The notes under the pieces: generated by a model
The model's input: only the letters and a program-made list of their open reading frames with translations
The model's database searches: none
What the model was told of the DNA's origin: nothing
In this document: positions 19,401-26,684 of the stretch, piece by piece
Numbering within the stretch: the stretch's first letter is position 1
Layout of the letters: each line of letters starts with the position of its first letter
Source: Myxococcales bacterium
GTDB taxonomy: Bacteria > Myxococcota_A > Polyangia > Polyangiales > DASUME01
Direction of reading: 5' to 3'
Length of the DNA: 64,000 nt
Assembly: GCA_047601445.1 (NCBI GenBank)
Contig: JASGJH010000001.1
Coordinates: forward strand, 4,128,001 to 4,192,000
Translations under genes and position numbers: made by a program

Positions 19401-20462
19401 GGTGCCGCCCTGAGCATACAGCACGGTGCGTCCCTCGAGACGGAACTCGATGCCAACCTCCTCGAGCAGTCGGGTCTTGCCGATGCCGTCCGAGGCTTCG
19501 ACCAACACGCCCGTACCGTGGCCTTGTTTCGCTCGCACGAGCATGCTTCGCAGCTTCGCGCGCAACGACTCACGGCCGACGAACGCGTGGCTTGCCAGGT
19601 AGGTACCGGCCAGGCCTTCGCTCTTGTGCGGAGAGAACCCGGCGATTGCGTCGAGCTGGTCGATCAACTCGGCGGGGCTCGCTGGACGTGCGATGGGATT
19701 GATGCTTAGCAAAGCATGGAGCAGTCGCCGGAAGGTTTCGGGGACGGGCGGCAGATCGCGCTGCACCTGATCGTCGATGCGAATCGAGCTGGAGCCGGGC
19801 GGGTTGCGCCATAGTTGAGTGAGCTGTGTCAGTGTACCGGCTGGATACGCGTGGTCTCCGACCAAGAGCCAATAAGCCAGGGCCCCCAATGAGTAGAGAT
19901 CGGAGCGTCCGTCGATCGGCTGACCATAGAGAGCCTCGGGAGGAACCAGGGCAGGGACTCCGGCGACGTCCTCGGCGATGCCGAATGACGCCAGGGTCCC
20001 GAAGTCGATCAACTTGATGGTCCCCTCTGGCCGGCGCCACACATTTCTTGGGCTGATGTCGCGGTGTACCAAACGCCTCGTATGAAGGACTCCGAGCACG
20101 GACGCCACGTCGCGCATGACGCGAGAGACTTCGCGCCACGGCATGGGGGCTGCGTTTCGCAAATCGGTCCCCTCCAGCATCTCCATCGTGTAGTACGGTC
20201 CTTGGGCATCGACTCCGAAGTCGTAAACCGTGAGGGCGTGCTCGTGTCGCAGCGTCGCGAGCGTGTGGTACTCGCGCTGGAACATCGATACGAGGCGCGG
20301 ACTGGCGTCTGGACGCAGTCGCTTTAGCGCGAGCACGCGGTCATTCGATTCGTCGCGAACCTCGAGAACCGTCCCCATGCCGCCCGTCGCGAGGGTGCGG
20401 AGTGTCCGGTACCTGCCGGAGATCAGCGACGTGCTCTTCTCGTAGCCCGAGGTTCGCGTCAT
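16419..20462 (-). CDS. Ser/Thr kinase-ATPase-helical protein with C-terminal GAF-like region
   Basis: ATGGMG, ALK, HRDISPRN, DFG. Walker A DGIGKT, Walker B LFVDDLD. Start 20462 chosen from RBS context. Confidence 0.88.
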   Translation of the reverse strand: MTRTSGYEKSTSLISGRYRTLRTLATGGMGTVLEVRDESNDRVLALKRLRPDASPRLVSMFQREYHTLATLRHEHALTVYDFGVDAQGPYYTMEMLEGTDLRNAAPMPWREVSRVMRDVASVLGVLHTRRLVHRDISPRNVWRRPEGTIKLIDFGTLASFGIAEDVAGVPALVPPEALYGQPIDGRSDLYSLGALAYWLLVGDHAYPAGTLTQLTQLWRNPPGSSSIRIDDQVQRDLPPVPETFRRLLHALLSINPIARPASPAELIDQLDAIAGFSPHKSEGLAGTYLASHAFVGRESLRAKLRSMLVRAKQGHGTGVLVEASDGIGKTRLLEEVGIEFRLEGRTVLYAQGGTHEGVYGAATALGTLLLDALPETALAAAKPHAHVLSNLSERLRMRLGGDAVAPAVLHARESRILLQTALHDWFAAVASQQPLALFVDDLDAVDEPSLAWLTSLAIEAERCDLIVLATASPLAHRDASSVAQLFAQRATRFGLSALSSGDIDQLLSSVFGEVPHLARLAARLYGVSLGNPAHVLELCDYLVRTDVIRFVEGMWVIPYDVSSISLPATRFDVLKSRLERLTPSERSLGKMLSVHAGVIPLEACTAVFDGPHGAAFSAADGLTREGILEGSPQGYRFTHEELRETLAGELSRAEKQRAHARFGDVLLRRKEPVHLELLAAGLHLMRGGQAGRGGECVVRACTQIKGADSYTAAAPALEAALLEFRSAGRSSHEMLIPLVCLSIAGFYVDRRLVKRYGDETIDRLSECLRLDTIRKLRPWLGKKVAVVLGLLYAGLEFVRQRRNPLVPSFREAVRLPFQVMAGLTASCCICHDPQGAMRCARVLEPLAGLGRNHVTSLVHEYCMATAAIVQDRPYETWMRGLRLIERLKRGPIRGMDEPTRIELLASAPYSFGVLESYRDDSHVLAFADELEQTHGQLYGLFADRLRTLHYSHRGKLALADEYARRVEEHAIRKGSAWQAETLAPASNIAISMRTNDVLGLKRAWEELQRLSRDIPTMACSAHRAYASYLLWRGRPEDALHELEPDEEEPLLLTGWTRMQAVRARAHNELRQHARAKEVCLSAIGRIAQEDLDFTAHNWDLPIQLALAEAGLGNTQLAAEQLQSYLTRFEHNENPLTLGALHEARAQVALQAGDRAAYEEHARAMRGWYVPTAIPGLIQRCERLFEEGRTREVSGRPPDSGVVGLGSHVTVQEMLTESRSLAECAERVLAVLVHAAGAADTAYLFQKGPNGMRLLARSGKDSPPLPIGWWVEQAGRAVNEEGRPTESLLLGRTLHRLIPLRDEEGYVGAAVLVESGHFHRPLDPNEVARLASELRHALTTRGRERLGA

Positions 20463-20744
20463 GGGTCCCCCGCGCGGGTGCAAGCGCAACCCGTTGGCTC
20501 TTCGGGTACTCTCCCGCAAAGGGCTGGAATTGGCCACTCATCGCACTCGGTTGGGTTCCCGCGCTGGCGCCCGGGTCCGCGCGTCACCGCGCGCGTTCCG
20601 TCAGCCTTGGTCAGCCGCAGCTGTTCCGTAGCCACGGAGCGCACGCTTGCACTCGGCCCGGCCCGCACGGCCTTGGCAGCCGCGTGAGGCCCGATCGTTC
20701 TTGATTCGGCTACGGCGTGGTCGGATCCGCGGAGCGACCTTCCG

Positions 20745-20879
20745 AGTCGGTCGACGGATCGCGTCGATCCCTGCCAGAATCAGGTCCACGCCGGCGATGA
20801 ACTGCTCGCGATCGTCGTACTCGCGCAGCTGCATCGCCACCTGGCGCGCGAACGGGTAGGCTGCCGCGTCGAGCTGGGC
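20745..20879 (-). pseudogene. TetR-family regulator C-terminal remnant
   Basis: AQLDAAAYPFARQVAMQLREYDDREQFIAGVDLILAGI resembles a TetR_C-type C-terminus. No HTH upstream. Confidence 0.65.
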
Positions 20880-20885
20880 ACGCTT

Positions 20886-21080
20886 GCTGCAGCCAATGCA
20901 GTCGGCATGGGCGCGCTGTCCCCGATGGCGCCAGGACAGGCCATCACCACTCATCACGAGGCCGGAGGCGTGCTCCACATCTGTGTGCAGCTGAAGCGTC
21001 CGCTCGAATGATTCGCCGAGATCGATTTCAACAACGCCGTGGCCGCCACGGCTCGCGTGGCAGGCGAATTCCAGGGCTGG
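20886..21080 (+). pseudogene. Internal fragment of a FAD-dependent monooxygenase (TetX-like family)
   Basis: Manual translation AAANAVGMGALSPMAPGQAITTHHEAGGVLHICVQLKRPLE*FAEIDFNNAVAATARVAGEFQGW. In-frame TGA at 21009 where Trp is expected. Confidence 0.6.
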
Positions 21081-21282
21081 AAAATCCAGGAGCCGTGCTT
21101 GGGTGAGCGCGCTCCGAATGCCTCGTCGAGTTCTTCAGAAATGGGCCCGCGGGCCACTCGGGAGCGACGTCCACGCCGTAAGAAGCGCCTTTGCCAGAGG
21201 CTCCACGCACAGAGAACACGTCGAAACCGTCACGTTGGAAGCGGACGTCGCTGCGTGGTACCAGATCAGGGCCATGCTTTGC

Positions 21283-23292
21283 ATGCTGCGCCTCCGCAAG
21301 AATGCGAGTAAGCGGGTCCTAGGGCCGTGGCCGAGCAGGCCGAGGCGTACCGAGCGCCCACGTAAGGAACCACCGTCCCAGCCGGCGCAAGCAGTGCCTC
21401 CATCCGAAGTCTCCTCACCTAGCGCAGCCCACGAGACCCTGCTCGAAGAAGCCGGGCGTGTGGCTCACCTGGGGAGCTGGACTTGGAACCGGCACACGGG
21501 CGAGATCCGCTGGTCCGATGAGTTGTACCGGATTTTCGGTCTCACCCCGCAGAGCGTACCGCCCAACGCCGACGTCTTCTTCGGCGCCGTCCACAGCGAA
21601 GATCGCGCCAAGGTCCAAGTCAGGCTGGATCGCACGCTGAATGCGCACACCATGGAGACCATCTCATTCCGTGTGGTTAGGCCGAGCGGGGAGATTCGCT
21701 ACGTTCGCTCGGACGCGGCGTTTCTGGGCGATCCGCGCGACCCCGAGAGCGCCATCGTCGGGACCATCCTCGACGAAACGGACAAGGAGAGCTTGGCCAC
21801 CAAGCTCACCCATGTCGTGGCGGAGCTAAACGACGCCCAGGATATTGCAGGTGTTGGCAGCTGGCGCTGGGACAAGTCGGCAGATTGCCTGGAATGGTCC
21901 GAAGGCATGTACCGGCTATTCGACATGAGGGATCGGCCGGCCCCTTCGGAGGCACTGTTTTTCGCTCACGTGCACCCAGACGACGTCGAGAGGGTCAAGG
22001 CAGCGTCCGACAATGCGCTGGCGACAGGCGAACCCGGTCAGTTCGATCTGCGCATTCTGCGGGACGACGGCACCGTGCGCGAAGCCACTCTGCGCTCGCG
22101 GGCCCTGCTCACCCCGGAAGGCCAACTCTTTGGTTTCACGGGCATCCTGCAAGACGTCACGGAGCGCGCACGGTTGGAGCGGCAGCTGCGCCACGCGCAG
22201 CGGATGGAGGCCGTCAGCACGCTGGCAGGTGGGGTGGCGCACGACTTCAACAACTATCTTACGGTGATCCAGGGGCACCTGGACTTACTCGCCCTGCGCC
22301 AAGCCGACTCAAGCCCACTGCAAGCTTCCCTCGGAGCGATTCGGCATGCATCGACGCAATGCGCGATCTTGACCCAGCAATTGCTGACCATGAGTCGCAA
22401 ACACAGGGGCGCCCTCGGGCGCGTCTCGCTCACACGCCTCGTCCGGGGGATGGAGCCGACCATCCGCAGCATGCTCGTACCGAAAATTGTTCTGCGTTTG
22501 GAGCTCGCCTCCGAGGCGTCCGACGTCATCGCAGATGCATCTCAAGTGGACCAAGTGCTGATGAATCTGATCATCAACGCGCGAGACGCCATGCCTGACG
22601 GCGGCACGCTGACCCTCGCGATCCACGAGGAACCCGCCCATGCAAGAACTTCGGAGGCCCCCAGAAGGATCTGCCTCTCCGTGACGGACACCGGAACGGG
22701 AATTCCGCAAAGCATTCTGCCGCACATCTTCGAGCCATTCTTCACGACCAAGGAAGTAGGACACGGCACCGGCCTTGGCCTCTCCACCGTCTACGGCATC
22801 GTCCAAGAGGCCGGAGGCAGCGTGGACGTCGTCAGCGAAGCGGGGCGCGGCAGCTCGTTCCGCGTCCACTTTCTTGCGGCTGAAGCCAGTGCGGAGCAGA
22901 CCAGCAACCCTTTGCGGGCGACGCGGACACGCGGCGATGGCAAGCGCATTTTGGTCGTCGACGACGCAGAGGCCGTCCGCCAGGTCACCTGCGCGCTCCT
23001 GGCAGACGCGGGCTACGAGGTGCTGACTGCCGACGATGGAGAGGCCGCGCTGACCCTGATGGAGAGGGAAACCGGAATCGATGCGGTGTTGACCGATATC
23101 ACGATGCCGAAGATGGATGGCCGGTCCCTCTACTGGGAGCTCAGCGAACGACAGCCGCAGGTTCCCTGCTTGCTGATCACGGGCTACGCCGACGAACGCG
23201 CGGACTCCGTCCCCAGCGGCACCCAGCCGATTCTGCGCAAGCCCTTCTCTGCGGAAGACCTGCTAGGTGCGGTCGCGCGGTTGTTCGCCTGA
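21283..23292 (+). CDS. Cytoplasmic hybrid histidine kinase (2 PAS_3, HisKA, HATPase, receiver)
   Basis: GSWTW...WSDELYRIFG...VHSED twice, GGVAHDFNN, GTGLGL, ILVVDD...TDITMP...KPF. Start uncertain (frame open from 21103). Confidence 0.9.
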   Translation: MLRLRKNASKRVLGPWPSRPRRTERPRKEPPSQPAQAVPPSEVSSPSAAHETLLEEAGRVAHLGSWTWNRHTGEIRWSDELYRIFGLTPQSVPPNADVFFGAVHSEDRAKVQVRLDRTLNAHTMETISFRVVRPSGEIRYVRSDAAFLGDPRDPESAIVGTILDETDKESLATKLTHVVAELNDAQDIAGVGSWRWDKSADCLEWSEGMYRLFDMRDRPAPSEALFFAHVHPDDVERVKAASDNALATGEPGQFDLRILRDDGTVREATLRSRALLTPEGQLFGFTGILQDVTERARLERQLRHAQRMEAVSTLAGGVAHDFNNYLTVIQGHLDLLALRQADSSPLQASLGAIRHASTQCAILTQQLLTMSRKHRGALGRVSLTRLVRGMEPTIRSMLVPKIVLRLELASEASDVIADASQVDQVLMNLIINARDAMPDGGTLTLAIHEEPAHARTSEAPRRICLSVTDTGTGIPQSILPHIFEPFFTTKEVGHGTGLGLSTVYGIVQEAGGSVDVVSEAGRGSSFRVHFLAAEASAEQTSNPLRATRTRGDGKRILVVDDAEAVRQVTCALLADAGYEVLTADDGEAALTLMERETGIDAVLTDITMPKMDGRSLYWELSERQPQVPCLLITGYADERADSVPSGTQPILRKPFSAEDLLGAVARLFA

Positions 23293-23357
23293 CGGACCTG
23301 CGCAACACGAGCCGATACGCAAGGATCAATCCATCTCGAGCCACGGTCTCGTGAAGA

Positions 23358-24599
23358 CTAGCTCGAGGTGAGGACGATCTTGGTGACCTCGGGGGCCGAG
23401 CCCACGCGAGCAGGTGGTCCCGCCGTGCCGAAACCTCGGTTGACGTAGAGCTGGCTCTCGCCATGGCTGTAGTGTCCGCGTACATAGCCGTGACGCAGGA
23501 CGAGCTGGGCTGGATTGATGAAGAGCGTGATCTGTCCGCCGTGGGTATGCCCGCTGAGCGTGAGATCGGCCGCTCCGTGGGACTCCTGGAAGTAGCTCGG
23601 GTTGTGGCTCAACAGGACGCGCGCGAGGTCGGGTGGAGCACCGTGGAACGCTTGATCGAGTCGTGGCCCCGCGCCTCCGAAGTCAGGCGCCATCACGTCG
23701 TCGAGTCCTGCGAGTACAAGCCTTCCACCCGCATCGCCCCATACGACGTGGCGGTTCTTGAGCACTTCCGCCCCCGCGCCACGGAGCGCGGCCTCGACCG
23801 GCTCGACTCCAGCGTAGTAGTCGTGGTTGCCCGGAATCGCGAACAGGCCGCGTGGTGCACGATCACGCAGCGCGCGCACGAAGCGACCGAGCACGGGCGC
23901 GAAGCGGGCATCGTGGTCCAGCAGATCACCAGTGAGCACGATGATATCCGGCTTGGCCTGCTGAACGAGCTCGAGCGCGCGCCGGAACTCGGGATCGCCC
24001 ACGAACAGACCCACGTGGATGTCGGAGAGCTGGACGATGCTCAAGCCGTCGAGGCTGCGCGGAAGTTTGGCGAGGCGGACCGGGACGGTCTCCAACGTGA
24101 AGTCATGGCGACCGATGAGCGCGCCGTAAAGTGCAGCGCCCATGCCCACCGAGGTGGCGCTCCCGACGGCCGCTTGCTTCAGAAAGTCGCGCCGAGCCGA
24201 AGTCGCAGGCACGCGCGAGGGCGGCGTGAGGTCCGGCGGCTGCGCAGAAGCTTGAACCTGGGCGGGCTCGGCACCGCGTCCGGCCAGTCTGCGCTGCACC
24301 ACGCCCGCGATCATCACGAAGGTTTCGTAGGGGAGCAGCAACACGCTGCTGATCAGGATGCCAAGCACGATGGCGCCGCCGGCGCTCCCCATGGGGCGAG
24401 CGAGCTCGGGGGCCCCGGAGAGGAAGCGGGAGACCATGGTCATCACGATGCCCGCACCGAATGCGATGGCGACCAGGCGGGACACCCAGGCAGGCGGATG
24501 AAAGGCCTCGCGTATGCGGCGGTGAAGGTGGCGACCGAGCGCGGCCAGGATCCATGCCAAGACGACGAACAGCAAGATCATGCGCAGATGCGGCGACAT
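23358..24599 (-). CDS. Membrane-anchored metallophosphoesterase (YkuE-like)
   Basis: Calcineurin-like motifs SDIH, TGD, GNHD, SHNP, GHTHGGQ. N-terminal TM helices. Confidence 0.92.
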   Translation of the reverse strand: MSPHLRMILLFVVLAWILAALGRHLHRRIREAFHPPAWVSRLVAIAFGAGIVMTMVSRFLSGAPELARPMGSAGGAIVLGILISSVLLLPYETFVMIAGVVQRRLAGRGAEPAQVQASAQPPDLTPPSRVPATSARRDFLKQAAVGSATSVGMGAALYGALIGRHDFTLETVPVRLAKLPRSLDGLSIVQLSDIHVGLFVGDPEFRRALELVQQAKPDIIVLTGDLLDHDARFAPVLGRFVRALRDRAPRGLFAIPGNHDYYAGVEPVEAALRGAGAEVLKNRHVVWGDAGGRLVLAGLDDVMAPDFGGAGPRLDQAFHGAPPDLARVLLSHNPSYFQESHGAADLTLSGHTHGGQITLFINPAQLVLRHGYVRGHYSHGESQLYVNRGFGTAGPPARVGSAPEVTKIVLTSS

Positions 24600-24843
24600 T
24601 CGCCAAGGGTAGCAGTCGGGCGGACGATCGCTTCTCGGCCTGGTTCCCGTGCGGTCCTACGGCGTGCGAAAGGTGGAAAGCACGAGCTCTCGGAACGCCT
24701 GCGCGGCCGCGGAGAGCGCTGGCTGGCGCCGTTGAACCAGGTAGACGTCGGAGGAGTACCGCGAGCTGCGTGCGCGCCGTCATGCCGCGGCGCGCAGTCA
24801 CGCCGTCATCGTGTCCGCTGTTCCAGGTCGAGGTGATCCTGGT

Positions 24844-25194
24844 TCAGATCGCGCGCGGGGCAGAGGCTGTGGTCGAGTCCCCCGTGTTGGCGGTTCCCAA
24901 CGGCTCGATCACCAGCACGTGCACCTCCTCGCGTGCGACAGGCCTGTGCTCGACGCCCTTGGGAACGACGAACAGCTCGCCGGGCCCGAGCGTCACGCTC
25001 CGATCCCTCATCTCGATGACGAGCGTGCCCTTGACCACCAGGAAGAAGTCGTCCGTATCGTCATGCTTGTGCCAAACGAACTCTCCCAGCGCCTTCGCCA
25101 AGAGAAGGTCATGGCCATTGAAGGCTCCGACACGATGCGGCTTCCAGTACTCGGAGAACAGCGAGAGCTTCTGCTCTAGGTTGATGGCATCCAT
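24844..25194 (-). CDS. Cupin domain protein
   Basis: MDAINLEQKLSLFSEYW...GEFVWHKHDDTDDFFLV...VPKGVEHRP. Likely start 25194 within a longer ORF. Confidence 0.9.
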   Translation of the reverse strand: MDAINLEQKLSLFSEYWKPHRVGAFNGHDLLLAKALGEFVWHKHDDTDDFFLVVKGTLVIEMRDRSVTLGPGELFVVPKGVEHRPVAREEVHVLVIEPLGTANTGDSTTASAPRAI

Positions 25195-25332
25195 GAAGGA
25201 GACGAATGTAGCTCGGCAGGTGACGCTCGGCCTCTCGCGGAACTTCGAAGCACTCGGCGCTTGCGCGCCTGGCATTTGCCGAGACCAGTTCGGGCTTACT
25301 TCTGAAGCGCGTTGAACCGCACGGAGGATTCC

Positions 25333-25884
25333 ATGCAAGCAAAGCTCATCTGCCTTTTTGCGAGCGCCGTCGCGGCAGGCGCGTTCGCCCTCGTGGCTGC
25401 TGGACATACTGGCGCTCAAGACCAACCCGAGGCCTCGAAAAAGCCAAAGCCGCAGTACATGTTCGTGCAGAACGCCGACGGGGTGAAGGTGGAAGGCGGC
25501 AAGCTCATTTTGCAGGACGTGAGTCCCACCACGCTCTATTTCACGGACCGCCCCGTGCGCACCACCGGGCACACCCCCACGACGGACTTTCTCGCGCTCT
25601 GGGGCAAGGGCACCGATAGCTTCGCCAAGGATCCACCCAACGCGACGCTCTCGATCTTCGGCCAGGGCGCAGACAAGGACAAGGTCACGGATGTGGTCGT
25701 GGAGCTGAGCCATCCGCAGTTGCACGGCAAGGACCTGGTCTACGACATCCATCGTCTGGACGGTAATCTCCCAGCGCAAGGCGGGCCTGCGGCGCTGTTC
25801 ATCGACTGGGTCGTGGTCAGGCCGGGCGCAGCCGTAGTCGTTCGCCCCGTTCCAGTGACTCCACACGTCGTGGTCGTTCGTTGA
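25333..25884 (+). CDS. Secreted hypothetical protein
   Basis: GGAGGA RBS, signal peptide, FTDRPVRTTGH...SFAKDPPNA motif, typical codon usage. Confidence 0.75.
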   Translation: MQAKLICLFASAVAAGAFALVAAGHTGAQDQPEASKKPKPQYMFVQNADGVKVEGGKLILQDVSPTTLYFTDRPVRTTGHTPTTDFLALWGKGTDSFAKDPPNATLSIFGQGADKDKVTDVVVELSHPQLHGKDLVYDIHRLDGNLPAQGGPAALFIDWVVVRPGAAVVVRPVPVTPHVVVVR

Positions 25885-25991
25885 CTGCTTGTTGTCGCGC
25901 AGGCGGCCATGACCGTCCTAGCGACGCGGGCTGCCCCGAGGGTTAGGTGGCCTCTCGCTCGCTGGCAGGTACCCTTTCGCATGGAAGTCCC

Positions 25992-26582
25992 ATGCGCCGC
26001 AACATCTCCCTCGACCGCCTCGCCGAGCAGGCTCGCCTCTACGTCGCCGGCGACGCGATCGTGCACAAGGCTCCGCATCCCACACTGAAGCCCGAGTACG
26101 ATGCGTTGTATCGCTTCGCTCTCGCCAACGCGCTCGCGCGCTGGCTGACGGTGGCGGTCGGAAAATACCGGCTCGCGCACATCGAGAAGCATCGGGACGA
26201 CTTTCGTCTGCTCGATGCCCCAGAGCAACGCATCAGCAAGGTGCGCTGGTGGCCGGGAAACCAAGGAACGAAGCCGCCGCCCGACGTATTCCTCATCCGG
26301 ACCGACGGCTTCGACAACGATTGGGACACGATCCGCGCCGCGATGGGACGCCCTGGAGGCGCCCCCATCTGGCATGACGATCCCGCGTTGTTCGTGCGCC
26401 ATCCCGAAGGCTACATGTGTCGGTCCGCCTGCATCGGGCACGAGGGTGAGATCTATTTCTTTGCCTACGATCACGAAGACGAGTGGACCGCTCAACTCGA
26501 GCAGGCGGGGCTGAAGCTACGGGGGACAGGGCTCACGGCGTACCTGCGGATCATTCAAACGCTGGGCAGCGTCGCGGAGTAG
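25992..26582 (+). CDS. Hypothetical protein
   Basis: Protein-like composition, GC3-biased codons, followed directly by a hairpin. Confidence 0.6.
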   Translation: MRRNISLDRLAEQARLYVAGDAIVHKAPHPTLKPEYDALYRFALANALARWLTVAVGKYRLAHIEKHRDDFRLLDAPEQRISKVRWWPGNQGTKPPPDVFLIRTDGFDNDWDTIRAAMGRPGGAPIWHDDPALFVRHPEGYMCRSACIGHEGEIYFFAYDHEDEWTAQLEQAGLKLRGTGLTAYLRIIQTLGSVAE

Positions 26583-26583
26583 A

Positions 26584-26607
26584 AGCCCTACCCGAACGGG
26601 TAGGGCT
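26584..26607 (+). terminator. Perfect inverted repeat, probable terminator
   Basis: AGCCCTACCCG-AA-CGGGTAGGGCT just after the stop at 26582; TTTTT about 8 nt later. Confidence 0.6.
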
Positions 26608-26684
26608 CGTAGTCATTTTTCAGAAGCCTCACGACCTCGCCGCAAGGCTTGCTACATGCATCCCCGAATTGGGGAGGCGAGCAC

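Noticed and set aside
24844..25866. 340-aa version of the cupin ORF
   Set aside because: The extension is antisense to the 25333..25884 gene; the cupin begins at 25194.
26584..26607. REP-like element (contains GTAGGG)
   Set aside because: I noticed only one copy in the window, and its position right after a stop codon is explained by a terminator.
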